This document shows positions 1-11,049 of a DNA stretch of 64,000 nt, piece after piece. The first letter of the stretch is position 1. Every line of letters begins with the position of its first letter. The translations under genes and the position numbers were made by a program. Source of the stretch: an uncultured Noviherbaspirillum sp. (GTDB lineage: Bacteria; Pseudomonadota; Gammaproteobacteria; Burkholderiales; Burkholderiaceae_D); the NCBI GenBank assembly GCA_966211575.1, contig CBIHOK010000002.1, forward strand, positions 2,322 to 66,321. The letters are read 5' to 3'. Under the pieces are notes generated by a model, which saw only the letters and a list, made by a program, of their open reading frames with translations, was not told where the DNA came from and ran no database searches.

Positions 1-951
1 GCCCAATGGAAGAATCTGAAGATCGTGATCCTGGCGCTGCTCGGCCTCACCGCCGGCCAGGCAGTCGTCTGGTATACCGGCCAGTTCTACGCGCTGTTCT
101 TCCTGACGCAGACGCTGAAGGTCGACAGCTCCACCGCCAACCTGTTGATCGCCGCATCGCTGGTCATCGGTACCCCGTTCTTCGTGATCTTCGGCTCGCT
201 GTCGGACAAGATCGGCCGCAAGCCGATCATCCTGGGCGGCTGCCTGCTCGCAGCGCTTACCTATTTCCCGATCTTCGGAGCGCTCACGCATTACGCGAAC
301 CCGGCACTTGAGGCCGCCATCAACACCCAGCCGGTGGTCGTGACCGCAGACCCGTCCAAGTGCCAGTTCCTGTTCAACCCGACCGGCACCAAGAAGTTCA
401 CCTCGTCCTGCGACATCGCCCGCACCGTGCTGGCCGAATCGTCGGTAAGCTACAAGACGATCGAAGCGCCGCCCGGCAGTCTGGCCACAATCAAGGTCGG
501 CGACAAGGTGATCCAGGGCTACGACGCAACCGGCTTGCCGAAGGCTGAACAGGCTGCAAAGGACAAGGCGTTCAAGAAGGAGCTGGGCGACGCGATCAAG
601 GCCGCCGGCTATCCGACCAAGGCCGATCCGGCGCAGATGAACAAGGCAATGGTGCTGTTGTTGCTGGTCATCCTGGTGATCTACGTGACCATGGTGTACG
701 GCCCGATCGCCGCGATGCTGGTCGAGATGTTTCCCACCCGGATCCGCTACACCTCGATGTCGCTGCCTTATCATATCGGCAACGGCTGGTTCGGCGGTTT
801 CCTGCCGACCACCGCGTTCGCGCTGGTTGCCTACAAAGGCGACATCTACTTCGGCCTCTGGTATCCGATCGTGATCGCGCTGATGACTTTCGTGATCGGC
901 GTCCTGTTCATCCGGGAAACGAAGAATAACGATATCTACGCGGCGGACTGA
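1..951 (+). CDS. MFS transporter, metabolite:H+ symporter (MHS)-like, 5' truncated by window edge
   Basis: Frame is open from base 1 (AQWKNLKIVILALLG...). Several TM helices, DKIGRKP loop motif, EMFPTRIRYTSMSLPYHIGNGWFGG C-terminal MFS motif. Confidence 0.88.
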   Translation, partial: AQWKNLKIVILALLGLTAGQAVVWYTGQFYALFFLTQTLKVDSSTANLLIAASLVIGTPFFVIFGSLSDKIGRKPIILGGCLLAALTYFPIFGALTHYANPALEAAINTQPVVVTADPSKCQFLFNPTGTKKFTSSCDIARTVLAESSVSYKTIEAPPGSLATIKVGDKVIQGYDATGLPKAEQAAKDKAFKKELGDAIKAAGYPTKADPAQMNKAMVLLLLVILVIYVTMVYGPIAAMLVEMFPTRIRYTSMSLPYHIGNGWFGGFLPTTAFALVAYKGDIYFGLWYPIVIALMTFVIGVLFIRETKNNDIYAAD

Positions 952-961
952 TTGCCATCCC

Positions 962-993
962 GGCGGGAACGCGTTGCCGCGTTCCCGCCTGTT
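962..993 (+). terminator. Stem-loop after the MFS gene, probable terminator
   Basis: Perfect 12-bp stem GGCGGGAACGCG-TTGC-CGCGTTCCCGCC 10 nt after the stop; only a short TGTT tail. Confidence 0.55.
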
Positions 994-1133
994 CGTGCGA
1001 CCTGCCTTCGCGCCGGTTCACAAAATCGGCTGTCCAAACGACACAGGATTTGTTATCGTCCGGTGCCAATGCCGCGCCTATACCATCCTAGAACGGCAAA
1101 CCCGTCGTTTTCCATTGACAGGCCCATTTCACC

Positions 1134-2345
1134 ATGAAGACACCCGCTCGCCTCGGTACCCCGCTTTCTCCATCCGCCACCAAGGTCATGCTGCTCGGTT
1201 CCGGCGAACTGGGCAAGGAAGTGATCATTGCGCTGCAGCGCCTCGGCGTCGAAACCATTGCAGTCGACCGCTATCCGAACGCTCCCGGCCAGCAGGTCGC
1301 GCACCGCGCGCACGTGATCGACATGACAGACGGCGCCGCGCTGGCGGCATTGATCGCGCAGGAAAAGCCGGACCTGGTGGTGCCGGAAATCGAAGCGATC
1401 GCCACCCCGACCCTGGTGGAACTGGAGAAAGCCGGCAAGGCGCGCGTGATTCCGACCGCGCGCGCTGCCTGGCTGACCATGAACCGGGAAGGCATACGCC
1501 GGCTGGCGGCCGAAGAACTCGGCTTGCCGACCTCCCCCTATCGTTTTGCCGACAGCCTGGAGGAGCTGCAGGCCGGCTGCGCGGCGGTCGGTTTTCCGTG
1601 CGTGGTCAAGCCGGTCATGTCATCTTCCGGCAAGGGCCAGTCGCGTGTCGACAGCGCGGCGGAAGTGGAAGCAGCCTGGCGTTACGCAGCGGCCGGAAGC
1701 CGGGTCGATGCCGGCCGCGTGATCGTCGAGGGCTTCATCGACTTCGATTACGAGATCACCCTGCTGACGGTGCGCGCGCTCGCCGCCGACGGCACGGTGG
1801 CCACCCATTTCTGCGAACCGATCGGCCACCGCCAAGTGCACGGCGATTACGTCGAATCCTGGCAGCCGCACCCGATGCCCACTGCCGCGCTGGACCAGGC
1901 GCGCGCGGTCGCAAAGAGCGTGACCGACAACCTGGGCGGACTCGGCGTGTTCGGCGTCGAACTGTTCATCAAGGGCGACATGGTGTGGTTCTCCGAGGTC
2001 AGCCCGCGCCCGCACGATACCGGCATGGTGACGATGGCGAGCCAGGTGCAGAGCGAATTCGAATTGCATGCGAAAGCCATCCTCGGCCTGCCGGTCGATA
2101 CCAGGCTGAAGGCGCCGGCCGCGTCGGCAGTGATCTACGGCGGCATGCAGGCCAGCGGAATGGCATTCGAAGGGGTGGCGGAAGCGCTGGCGGTTCCCGG
2201 CGTCGACGTCCGCCTGTTCGGCAAACCCGAAGCATTCGAGCGTCGCCGCATGGGAGTTGCGCTGGCCACCGCAGCCGATACTGACAACGCGCGCCGATTG
2301 GCGGCAAATGCCGCCGCCAAGGTGCGGCCGGTCAGGCCGGACTGA
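1134..2345 (+). CDS. purT: Formate-dependent phosphoribosylglycinamide formyltransferase
   Basis: [15 protein letters not shown]-terminus, ATP-grasp core ([13 protein letters not shown]), [21 protein letters not shown]. Confidence 0.97.
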   Translation: MKTPARLGTPLSPSATKVMLLGSGELGKEVIIALQRLGVETIAVDRYPNAPGQQVAHRAHVIDMTDGAALAALIAQEKPDLVVPEIEAIATPTLVELEKAGKARVIPTARAAWLTMNREGIRRLAAEELGLPTSPYRFADSLEELQAGCAAVGFPCVVKPVMSSSGKGQSRVDSAAEVEAAWRYAAAGSRVDAGRVIVEGFIDFDYEITLLTVRALAADGTVATHFCEPIGHRQVHGDYVESWQPHPMPTAALDQARAVAKSVTDNLGGLGVFGVELFIKGDMVWFSEVSPRPHDTGMVTMASQVQSEFELHAKAILGLPVDTRLKAPAASAVIYGGMQASGMAFEGVAEALAVPGVDVRLFGKPEAFERRRMGVALATAADTDNARRLAANAAAKVRPVRPD

Positions 2346-2381
2346 ACTGCGTGCCGCCGCCCGATTGCGTTCGAAGCGCAG

Positions 2382-4820
2382 TCAGGGTTTCGGCTGCAGC
2401 GTCAGCACGCCCAGCGCGTTTTTCTCCACGTTGGCGCGCCGCGTCTGCATCGGAATCATTCCACCGTCGACCCAGCGCTGCGCAAAGTTGCGGTAAAACC
2501 CGGAAAACACGTTGCCGGATTGGCCGGTCGACTGCATGAAGCGGGAATTTTCCGGGTTCGCCAGGTCGTAGACCGCGCGCAGGCTGGGCGCATGGTGGCT
2601 GGCAAACGGGTCCTGCTCGTTGGCCAGGTCATAGCGCCCTACGTCCACCGTGTAGGAGTCGCCGGGACTCGGCAGCCGGATATCGAAAAAGCGCGCGAGC
2701 AGCGGCACCTTGTCGAACGGCCGATGTTCGGATACCGCCGGATGGGCCTCGCCCCAGCGCCACTTCGACATCTCGGTGCCGTAGCGCTGTTCCAGCTGAT
2801 CGATCGCGGCATCGAGCGCTGCGCGCAGCACATCGTCGCAACTCTGCTTGCGGCCGGCTTCGCCTTTCGTCACATCGGCGCACCAGCGCGCCTCGCCGTT
2901 CCGGTTGTTCAGCACGTCCACCATCACTTGGTGCACGTTGCGCTGCCGCCAATAATCCTTCATCAGTGCATCGCCAAGTTCGTCGCCGAATATGCGGCGC
3001 GAGGTTTCGCGCATCCAGGCATTGAAGATCAGCGGTTCCGGGCGGTTCATGTCCATCGCCCCGTTCCATCCGAGCAAGGTATCGAGCGCCTGCTTTTCCC
3101 GGTCCGACTTCGGCACCAGCTTGCGCAGCCGCGGCAGCAGTTCCTGTGCTGCAAGCGATACCGTATCCATCTGGATTTTGGCGAAGCTGTCCACGCTGTG
3201 CGCAGTACGCGCGTTCAGCAGCCGGGTGATGCGATCGGACCGGTAAGGCAGCGTCCATTCGCTGGTAAGGAAGTAGGGATAGTCCGACCCGACGATCTTC
3301 TGGTTGGCGGTGACGATCATGTGCGACGGCGGGTTGTACGAACGCGGCAATGCATCGAACGGAATGAACCCGTCCCAGTCGTAGCGCGCATCCCAGCCGG
3401 GCGCGGGCGCCAATCCCTTCAGGTCGTTGTCGGGCTTGCGCAAAGGCACTCGGGCCGGCGCGATGAAGCCGATATTGCCATCCACGTCCGCGTAGACGAT
3501 GTTCTGCTCGGGAGCGCCGAAATCGCGCGCGGCGTCGAGGAACTGCTGCCAGTTGCGGGCGCGGTTGAAGCCCAGGCCGGCCTGCAGGGTGCGGTCGTCG
3601 TCGCGCAACGCGGTCCACTGGAACGCGATCACGTACTTGCCGGCATCCAGCGCGGCGCGGTCGGCGATCGGCAATGCGCCGGTAATCACCGGGCCATGCC
3701 GGGTTTCACGCACCTTCAGCGAGACGTCCGGCTGTCCTTTCACCTTGATGATTTCGATCCGTTCGCGGAAATCTGCCCAGCCGTCCGGCGTCTGGTACTG
3801 CTTCTTGTCGGCCGGATTGATGCGTTCGATGTACAGATCCTGCACGTCGGAGGCGGTATTGGTAAAACCCCAGGCGATGCGGTCGTTGCGGCCAAGCACG
3901 ACCACCGGAATGCCGGGCAGCGTCGCGCCGATCACGTCCAGACCGGGTGCCGACAATTGCGCGAAATACCAGAGCGCCGGCGCCGACAATCCGAGATGCG
4001 GATCGTTTGCCAGCAGCGGCTTGCCGGATTTGGTCAGCGCGCCGGACACCACCCAGTCGTTCGATCCCATTCCTTCCAGCAGCGAAGGCGGCGCGATTGC
4101 CGCCACCGCCGCGAGCTGACCGGTGGTTCCGGTCAATTGTCGATACAGCCTCGTGTAATCCCGGGTCGCCACCGGCGCATCGCCCGGATACGGCGGCAGG
4201 AACTGGTTGATCTGATCCAGCGAGAGCCGCTGCGACAGGCGCATGCGCAGCAGTTCCTGGCTCCAGTTCGCGCTCAAATCCCAGGCCATCATGGTTTGCC
4301 AGCCGATAGAGTCGACCGGCTGCCAGTGCGCCGGGGCCGGCGCGCCGGTAATCAGGAATTCCGGCGGCAGCGGCTTGTCGCGCTGGTCGAGCCAGGCATT
4401 CACGCCACGCGCGTAGGCGTCGAGCGCGGCACGCGTGTCCGGGGTCAGGTGCTGCAGTATCCGCTCGGCATTGCGGCGCACGCCGAGGGTGCGCAGGAAG
4501 CGGTCGGTGGCGAGCGCTCCCGGCCCCAGGATCTCGGCCAGCCGGCCGGCGGCAATGCGGCGATTCATTTCCATTTGCCACAGCCGGTCCTGCGCGTGCA
4601 CGAATCCGAGCGCAAAATAGGCGTCGTCCGTGGTCTTCGCATAGATGTGCGGCACGCCCTCCGCATCGCGCACGATGTCGACCGGCTGATGCAGGCCGGA
4701 CAGTTTGATCACGCCATCCGTCTTCGGCTGGCTGGCGCCGCGGTACCAGAAGAACGCGAACACCAGCGCCAGGAGCAGCAAGGCAAGGCCGATGGCAACT
4801 TTTTTGAGCACGGAAGTCAT
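2382..4820 (-). CDS. Penicillin acylase family (Ntn-hydrolase, peptidase S45) protein with N-terminal membrane anchor
   Basis: RDAEGVPHIYA, QDRLWQME, GSNDWVVSG (nucleophile Ser at 4062-4064), LLANDPHL, NGNIGF-like DGNIGF motif. Start set at ATG 4820 (MTSVLKK) before the hydrophobic helix. Confidence 0.93.
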   Translation of the reverse strand: MTSVLKKVAIGLALLLLALVFAFFWYRGASQPKTDGVIKLSGLHQPVDIVRDAEGVPHIYAKTTDDAYFALGFVHAQDRLWQMEMNRRIAAGRLAEILGPGALATDRFLRTLGVRRNAERILQHLTPDTRAALDAYARGVNAWLDQRDKPLPPEFLITGAPAPAHWQPVDSIGWQTMMAWDLSANWSQELLRMRLSQRLSLDQINQFLPPYPGDAPVATRDYTRLYRQLTGTTGQLAAVAAIAPPSLLEGMGSNDWVVSGALTKSGKPLLANDPHLGLSAPALWYFAQLSAPGLDVIGATLPGIPVVVLGRNDRIAWGFTNTASDVQDLYIERINPADKKQYQTPDGWADFRERIEIIKVKGQPDVSLKVRETRHGPVITGALPIADRAALDAGKYVIAFQWTALRDDDRTLQAGLGFNRARNWQQFLDAARDFGAPEQNIVYADVDGNIGFIAPARVPLRKPDNDLKGLAPAPGWDARYDWDGFIPFDALPRSYNPPSHMIVTANQKIVGSDYPYFLTSEWTLPYRSDRITRLLNARTAHSVDSFAKIQMDTVSLAAQELLPRLRKLVPKSDREKQALDTLLGWNGAMDMNRPEPLIFNAWMRETSRRIFGDELGDALMKDYWRQRNVHQVMVDVLNNRNGEARWCADVTKGEAGRKQSCDDVLRAALDAAIDQLEQRYGTEMSKWRWGEAHPAVSEHRPFDKVPLLARFFDIRLPSPGDSYTVDVGRYDLANEQDPFASHHAPSLRAVYDLANPENSRFMQSTGQSGNVFSGFYRNFAQRWVDGGMIPMQTRRANVEKNALGVLTLQPKP

Positions 4821-4909
4821 ACGGATAAGGATCAATAAAGGCGCAATGAGAGGGTGCCCGGCGATAGCCCGTCAGGTTATCACAGGCCCGGATCATGAGG
4901 ATTGCCAAG

Positions 4910-4918
4910 TGGTAAGAT
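4910..4918 (+). promoter_or_regulatory. Extended -10 promoter candidate for nadB
   Basis: TGG-TAAGAT about 40 nt upstream of the nadB start. Confidence 0.45.
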
Positions 4919-4957
4919 GTCGGCTCGAAAATGACAACAGCTTTCCCCAGCCATCCT

Positions 4958-6559
4958 ATGAAATTTGACGTCGCCATCGTCGGCAGCGGCCTCGCCGGAC
5001 TGTCGGTCGCCCTGCACCTCGCGCAAACCCGTAAAGTGGTCGTGATATCGAAGCGCGGCCTGCTCGACGGCGCCAGCAACTGGGCCCAGGGCGGCATCGC
5101 CGCCGTGCTGGATTCGCATGACAGCGTGGACCAGCACATTGCCGATACGCTGATAGCCGGCGCCGGATTATGCGACGAGAGCGCGACCCGTTTCATCATA
5201 GAACACAGCCGCGAAGCGATCGAGTGGCTGATCGAACAGGGCGTGCCGTTCACCCCCGACCCGACAGCCGAACTCGGCTACCATCTCACGCGCGAAGGCG
5301 GCCACAGCCAGCGCCGCATCATCCATGCGGCCGATGCGACCGGCCATGCGGTGCAGGTGACGCTGGAGCAGAAGGCGCGCGCCCATCCCAACATTACCGT
5401 GCTGGAAAACCATTGCGCGATCGACGTGATCCGGTCCGACAAGGTGCAAGGCGGCAGCGCCAGCCCGCAGTGCCTCGGCCTGTATGTCCAGGACGTGGCG
5501 AGCGGCAAGGTGCTCACGCTGGCGGCCGAGCAGACGGTGCTGGCGGCCGGCGGCGCCGGCAAGGTCTACCTGTACACCACCAACCCGGACACCGCCACCG
5601 GCGACGGCATCGCGATGGCCTGGCGCGCGGGTTGCCGCGTCGCCAACATGGAGTTCATCCAGTTCCATCCGACCTGCCTGTATCACCCGTACGCAAAATC
5701 CTTCCTGATCAGCGAAGCGGTGCGCGGCGAAGGCGGTTTGCTGAAACTGCCGGCGGAAGCCGGCGCCGCCGCCGGCACGCGTTTCATGCCGGCCCATGAC
5801 GAACGGGCGGAGCTGGCGCCGCGCGATGTGGTGGCGCGCGCGATCGACTTCGAAATGAAGAAGCGCGGCCTCGACTACGTGGATCTCGATATCAGCCACC
5901 AGCCGCCGGAATTCCTGAAGGAGCATTTCCCGACGATCTACGCGCGCTGCCTGGAGCTCGGCATCGACATCAGCAAACAGCCGATCCCGGTGGTACCGGC
6001 GGTCCATTTCACCTGCGGCGGCATCGTGACCGACATGGTGGGACGCACCGATCTGCCGGGCCTGTACGCGGTAGGAGAAACCGCGTACACCGGCCTGCAC
6101 GGCGCCAACCGCCTTGCCAGCAACTCGCTGCTTGAATGCCTGGTGATCGGCCACGCCGCCGCCCGCCATATCGAACGGCAGCCGAAAGGAAAAACCATTG
6201 CATTGCCGGCCTGGGATGAAAGCCGGGTGTCGGACGCCGACGAGGAAGTCATCATCGCCCATAACTGGGACGAGTTGCGCCGCTTCATGTGGAATTACGT
6301 GGGTATCGTGCGCACCAACAAGCGGTTGCAGCGGGCGCAGCACCGGATCCGGCTGCTACGCGAAGAAATCTACGAATACTATTCGAACTTCCGCATCACG
6401 CGCGACCTGCTGGAGTTGCGCAACCTGGTCGACGTCGCGTCGCTGATCGTGGAGAGCGCGCTGTCGCGCCGCGAGAGCCGCGGGCTGCACTATTCCCAGG
6501 ATTATCCGGCCACGCTGCCGAAGGCATTGCCGACGGTGCTGGCGCCGGAAAACCGCTGA
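4958..6559 (+). CDS. nadB: L-aspartate oxidase
   Basis: FAD motif [57 protein letters not shown]; adjacent to nadA and nadC. Confidence 0.97.
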   Translation: MKFDVAIVGSGLAGLSVALHLAQTRKVVVISKRGLLDGASNWAQGGIAAVLDSHDSVDQHIADTLIAGAGLCDESATRFIIEHSREAIEWLIEQGVPFTPDPTAELGYHLTREGGHSQRRIIHAADATGHAVQVTLEQKARAHPNITVLENHCAIDVIRSDKVQGGSASPQCLGLYVQDVASGKVLTLAAEQTVLAAGGAGKVYLYTTNPDTATGDGIAMAWRAGCRVANMEFIQFHPTCLYHPYAKSFLISEAVRGEGGLLKLPAEAGAAAGTRFMPAHDERAELAPRDVVARAIDFEMKKRGLDYVDLDISHQPPEFLKEHFPTIYARCLELGIDISKQPIPVVPAVHFTCGGIVTDMVGRTDLPGLYAVGETAYTGLHGANRLASNSLLECLVIGHAAARHIERQPKGKTIALPAWDESRVSDADEEVIIAHNWDELRRFMWNYVGIVRTNKRLQRAQHRIRLLREEIYEYYSNFRITRDLLELRNLVDVASLIVESALSRRESRGLHYSQDYPATLPKALPTVLAPENR

Positions 6560-6590
6560 CCGGTTTTCCGCGCGCCTGGATGCAGACTGC

Positions 6591-7457
6591 TCAGCCGATG
6601 ATGCGCAACGAATAGTCGGTCGCCCGCACATCCTTGGTCAGGCTGCCGATGGAAATGCGGTCGACCCCTGTTTCCGCGATCGCGCGCACCGATTGCAGGT
6701 TCACGCCGCCGGAAGCTTCCAGGATTGCGCGTCCGGCGCTCAGTTGCACCGCCTCGCGCATCATGTCGAGCGTGAAATTGTCGAGCAGTACCGAAGTCGC
6801 GCCCGCCTCCAGCGCCTGCTTCAGTTCGTCCAGGCTTTCCACTTCGATCTGGATGCCGACCCCGGCATTCAGCGCCAGCGCGGCCCGCATCGCCGGCGCC
6901 ACGCCGCCGGCCGCGGCAATGTGGTTTTCCTTGATCAGGATGCCGTCGTACAGCGCAAGCCGCTGATTCCTGCCACCGCCCACGCGCACCGCGTATTTCT
7001 GCGCCAACCGCAAGCCGGGCAGCGTCTTGCGGGTGTCGAGTATCGCCGCGCGGGTGCCGGCAATCACGTCCACGTACTGCCGCGTTGCGGTCGCGACGCC
7101 GGACAGCAGTTGCAGGAAATTCAGCGCCGGACGTTCCGCGGTCAGCAAGCTGCGCGCCGGCGCCTCGATCGCGCAGACTTCACTGTCGGCATCCATCATT
7201 GCGCCTTCCGCATAATGCCACTGGATGCGGATATGCGGATCCAGCTGCGTCATCACGCTTTCGAACCAGGGCGCGCCGCACAGCACCGCCGCTTCGCGCA
7301 CCAGCACCCTCGCCTTCACCCATTCATTTTCGGGCACCAGGCGGCCGGTCACGTCGCCGCTCCCTATGTCTTCGGTCAGCGCGGCGCGGATGTTGTCTTC
7401 GAACGCGGCGATCAGCGCCTTGTCGAACGGTGCGAACGGATTTTTCAAGGTACTCAT
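6591..7457 (-). CDS. nadC: Nicotinate-nucleotide diphosphorylase (quinolinate phosphoribosyltransferase)
   Basis: [44 protein letters not shown]. Start ATG 7457 overlaps the nadA stop (ATGA). Confidence 0.97.
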   Translation of the reverse strand: MSTLKNPFAPFDKALIAAFEDNIRAALTEDIGSGDVTGRLVPENEWVKARVLVREAAVLCGAPWFESVMTQLDPHIRIQWHYAEGAMMDADSEVCAIEAPARSLLTAERPALNFLQLLSGVATATRQYVDVIAGTRAAILDTRKTLPGLRLAQKYAVRVGGGRNQRLALYDGILIKENHIAAAGGVAPAMRAALALNAGVGIQIEVESLDELKQALEAGATSVLLDNFTLDMMREAVQLSAGRAILEASGGVNLQSVRAIAETGVDRISIGSLTKDVRATDYSLRIIG

Positions 7458-8593
7458 GCCGGCCCTATTCCCGCAAACAGTTTCTGTTCCTGCCCGAGAT
7501 CGCTGCCCGGACGCACATTTGCCTTCTTCTGCGCGGCAAACGTCAGCATGCGGTCGATGCAGACATAGGCCTTGCGCCCGGTCGCGGGGTCGACCCGGAT
7601 TTCGTTGCGCCCGGATTCCAGCACCTCGGCCAGATTCTGCAAACCGTTCATTGCCATCCATGGACAATGCGCACAGCTTTTGCAGGTGGCGCTGTTGCCG
7701 GCGGTCGGCGCATCGATAAAGCGCTTGCCGGGCGCTGCCATCCGCATCTTGTGCAGGATGCCGTTGTCGGTGGCGACGATGAATTCGTCGCTATCCAGGC
7801 CTTGCGCGGCGGCGATCAGTTGCGAAGTCGATCCAACCACGTCTGCCTGCGCCACCACCGCTTCCGGGGATTCCGGGTGTACCAGCACCTTCGCGCGCGG
7901 ATGCTCCTTCTTCAGCAATTCCAGTTCGATCCCCTTGAACTCGTCGTGCACCAGGCAGGACCCTTGCCACAGCAGCATGTCGGCGCCGGTCTGCCTCTGA
8001 ATATAGCTGCCCAGGTGCTTGTCGGGCGCCCACAGTATCTTTTTGCCCTGTGCATGCAGGTGGGCGACGATATCGAGCCCGATCGACGAGGTGACCATCC
8101 AATCCGCGCGCGCCTTCACCGCGGCGCTGGTATTCGCGTACACCACTACGGTACGGTCGGGATGCGCATCGCAAAACGCGGAAAACTCGTCGGCCGGACA
8201 GCCAAGGTCGAGCGAACAGGTGGCATCCAGGTCGGGCATCAGGATGGTCTTGTCCGGGCTCAGGATCTTCGCGGTCTCGCCCATGAAGCGCACGCCGGCC
8301 ACCACCAGCGTGCGGGCGGAGTGGTCGCGGCCGAAGCGGGCCATTTCCAGCGAATCGGAAACGCAGCCGCCGGTTTCCTCGGCCAGATCCTGCAAATCGG
8401 CATCGACATAGTAATGGGCGACCAGCACCGCCTCTTTTTCCTTCAGAAGGCGCTTGATGCGAACCTTCAACTCGGCCTTTTCCGCCGGGTTCGGTGCTGC
8501 GGGCACGCGGGCCCACGCCCGGGCGGTGCAACTGGCGCCGGTTTCCATTTGCGGGCGCTCGAATTCTACGCTCTTGATCGGTTGAATCTGCAT
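7454..8593 (-). CDS. nadA: Quinolinate synthase
   Basis: [47 protein letters not shown] Fe-S ligands. Confidence 0.97.
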   Translation of the reverse strand: MQIQPIKSVEFERPQMETGASCTARAWARVPAAPNPAEKAELKVRIKRLLKEKEAVLVAHYYVDADLQDLAEETGGCVSDSLEMARFGRDHSARTLVVAGVRFMGETAKILSPDKTILMPDLDATCSLDLGCPADEFSAFCDAHPDRTVVVYANTSAAVKARADWMVTSSIGLDIVAHLHAQGKKILWAPDKHLGSYIQRQTGADMLLWQGSCLVHDEFKGIELELLKKEHPRAKVLVHPESPEAVVAQADVVGSTSQLIAAAQGLDSDEFIVATDNGILHKMRMAAPGKRFIDAPTAGNSATCKSCAHCPWMAMNGLQNLAEVLESGRNEIRVDPATGRKAYVCIDRMLTFAAQKKANVRPGSDLGQEQKLFAGIGPA

Positions 8594-8646
8594 GGTGTGA
8601 CGACGCTCGATCGTGCAGTCGAGCAGTCCTAACGGGTCAAACGATA

Positions 8647-8655
8647 ATCATATCA
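8647..8655 (-). promoter_or_regulatory. Extended -10 promoter candidate for nadA-nadC
   Basis: Minus strand TGA-TATGAT about 55 nt upstream of the nadA ATG. Confidence 0.55.
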
Positions 8656-8836
8656 GCAAGGACGGCTCAGCGCGGCTTCCTTGCACCTGCCCGGAACAAA
8701 TCCGCGCGACGCAACACCCATATTTACGCCCAGGTAAATCGGTAGCATACTTAGCCGCAAAAATCCACCATCGCGAGACTGGGCCGGCGGCGCAGCGCCT
8801 CCGTCTCGCGACGCGTTCCAGCGATAAAGGGAGACC

Positions 8837-9346
8837 ATGGCATCTACCGTGTACGACAAGACCGATAAAGGTCGCGAAGAAATTGCCACCCGCAAATTCC
8901 GCCTTGCTCCACGCTTGCGCACGCTGCTGGTCCTGATCGACGGCAGGCAGGAAGAAGCCGAGCTGCTCGCCAAGGTCGCCGGCATCGGGCTCGGCCAGGA
9001 AAGCCTGACAGAATTGCTGGCGGAAGGATTCGTCGAGCCTGTGAGTTCCGCATCTGCCGCAACGGGCATGGAATCCGCAGCGACAGCGGTACAGGATCCG
9101 GTGCTGCCGGACGCACAGAACCAGTACCAGGCGCTGTACCAGTTTTATACCGAGACGATCCGGAGCACGATCGGCCTGCGCGGTTATTCACTGCAGTTGA
9201 AAGTGGAGAAGGCGACTTCGGTCGACGACTTCCGCGCCTTGCGCCAGCCCTATCTCGATGCGGTACTGAGAGCGAAAGGAAATGAAATGGAGCGCAGCCT
9301 GCGCGCCCGCCTCGATCAGTTGCTGGCGCCCGCGAACACCGCGTAG
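8837..9346 (+). CDS. Conserved hypothetical protein
   Basis: AAGGGAG SD before ATG, typical codon usage. YDKTDKGREEI...RLRTLLVLIDG and IGLRGYSLQLKVEKA segments resemble a betaproteobacterial hypothetical family I recall but cannot name. Confidence 0.8.
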   Translation: MASTVYDKTDKGREEIATRKFRLAPRLRTLLVLIDGRQEEAELLAKVAGIGLGQESLTELLAEGFVEPVSSASAATGMESAATAVQDPVLPDAQNQYQALYQFYTETIRSTIGLRGYSLQLKVEKATSVDDFRALRQPYLDAVLRAKGNEMERSLRARLDQLLAPANTA

Positions 9347-9363
9347 CGCGCAGCAATGGTCTT

Positions 9364-10965
9364 CTACTCTATGCCCTGACTCGACAGGTAGTCTTCGTAG
9401 CCGCCCTGGAAGTCGATGACCTTGCCATCCTTGACTTCGAGGATGCGGGTTGCCAGCGACGATACGAATTCGCGGTCGTGCGACACGAAAATCAGCGTGC
9501 CCGCGTACTTGTCGAGCGCGATGTTCAGCGACTCGATCGATTCCATATCCATGTGGTTGGTCGGCTCATCCAGCAACAGCACGTTGTGCCGGCCCAGCAT
9601 CAGCTTGCCGTACATCATGCGGCCCTTCTCGCCACCGGACAGCACCTTCACCGATTTTTTCACGTCGTCGCCGGAGAACAGCAGGCGGCCGAGAATCGAC
9701 CGCACCGCCTGGTCGTCGTCGCCTTCCTTGGTCCAGGCGCCCATCCAGTCGGTCAGCGTCTTGTCGACCGCGAATTCCTCGGCCGGATCCTGCGGCATGT
9801 AACCGACGCTCGCATTCTCCGCCCACTTGGAACCGCCGGCATCCGGTGCCAGCCCGCAGATGTCGGTTCCGCCGATGCAGCGCAGCAGCGTGGTCTTGCC
9901 GGCGCCGTTCGCGCCGATGATCGCGATCTTCTCGCCCGCTTCGACCAGCAGATTGAAATCCTTGAAGATAGCCCGGTCGTACGATTTGGACAGTCCGGTC
10001 ACTTCGACCGCCTGCCGATGCAGCTTCTTCTCGCCCTCGAAACGGACGAACGGGTTCTGGCGGCTGGACGGCTTCACGTCCTCCACCTTGATCTTTTCGA
10101 TCTGCTTCGCGCGGGAAGTGGCCTGGCGCGCCTTCGACTTGTTGGCGGAGAAGCGGCGCACGAATTCCTGCAGTTCGGCGACCCGTTCCTTGGCCTTCGC
10201 ATTGGCGGCCATCTGCTGCGCGCGCGCCTGCGACGACGCCAGCATGTAATCGTCGTAATTGCCGGGATAGATCTTCAGCGTGCCGTAATCCATGTCCGCC
10301 ATGTGGGTGCAGACCTGGTTCAGGAAGTGGCGGTCGTGCGAAATGATGATCATCGTCGAGTTGCGCTCGTTCAGCACATTCTCGAGCCAGCGGATGGTAT
10401 CGATGTCGAGGTTGTTGGTCGGCTCGTCCAGCAGCAGGATGTCCGGATTCGAAAACAGCGCCTGCGCCAGCAGCACCCGCAGCTTCCAGCCCGGCGCCAC
10501 GTTGCTCATCGGCCCGTTGTGCTGTTCGATCGGCACGCCGACACCGAGCAGCAGTTCGCCGGCGCGCGCTTCGGCGGTATAGCCGTCGTATTCGGCGAAC
10601 TTGGCTTCCAGTTCCGCCGCCTTCATGTAATCGTCATCGGTGGCATCGGGATTCGCGTAGATCGCATCGCGCTCGCTCATCGCCGCCCACATTTCGGTAT
10701 GGCCCATCATCACCACGTCCAGCACGCGCATTTCCTCGTAGGCGAACTGATCCTGGCGGAGCTTGCCCAGGCGCTCGTTCTGATCGAGCATCACGTTGCC
10801 GGCGCTGGGTTCCAGGTCGCCGCCGAGTATCTTCATGAAGGTCGATTTGCCGCAGCCGTTGGCGCCGATCAGGCCGTAGCGGTTGCCTTCGCCGAATTTG
10901 ACGGAAATGTTTTCGAACAGCGGCTTGGGGCCGAACTGCATCGTGATGTTTGCGGTGGAAAGCAC
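9364..10965 (-). CDS. ybiT: ABC-F family ATPase (ribosome-associated)
   Basis: N-terminus [41 protein letters not shown] closely matches YbiT; two ABC domains, no TM segments. GTG start at 10965. Confidence 0.92.
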   Translation of the reverse strand: MLSTANITMQFGPKPLFENISVKFGEGNRYGLIGANGCGKSTFMKILGGDLEPSAGNVMLDQNERLGKLRQDQFAYEEMRVLDVVMMGHTEMWAAMSERDAIYANPDATDDDYMKAAELEAKFAEYDGYTAEARAGELLLGVGVPIEQHNGPMSNVAPGWKLRVLLAQALFSNPDILLLDEPTNNLDIDTIRWLENVLNERNSTMIIISHDRHFLNQVCTHMADMDYGTLKIYPGNYDDYMLASSQARAQQMAANAKAKERVAELQEFVRRFSANKSKARQATSRAKQIEKIKVEDVKPSSRQNPFVRFEGEKKLHRQAVEVTGLSKSYDRAIFKDFNLLVEAGEKIAIIGANGAGKTTLLRCIGGTDICGLAPDAGGSKWAENASVGYMPQDPAEEFAVDKTLTDWMGAWTKEGDDDQAVRSILGRLLFSGDDVKKSVKVLSGGEKGRMMYGKLMLGRHNVLLLDEPTNHMDMESIESLNIALDKYAGTLIFVSHDREFVSSLATRILEVKDGKVIDFQGGYEDYLSSQGIE

Positions 10966-11004
10966 TAATGAAACCTTTGCTGAAATGATTTGAAACAACC
11001 GGCT

Positions 11005-11013
11005 ATTTTACCA
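11005..11013 (-). promoter_or_regulatory. Extended -10 promoter candidate for ybiT
   Basis: Minus strand TGG-TAAAAT 40 nt upstream of the start. Confidence 0.5.
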
Positions 11014-11049
11014 TCCGGCCCGGCGCGAACTGCCGCTACTGCCGCTGTA

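Noticed and set aside
2520-4838. 772-aa plus-strand ORF, and similar long antisense ORFs such as 9478-10968, 15298-17289, 19192-21411, 28342-30939, 35139-37250, 44288-46756, 49714-52233 and 55126-57114
   Set aside because: They are shadow frames opposite well-recognised genes. High GC suppresses stop codons, and the translations show no recognisable motifs.
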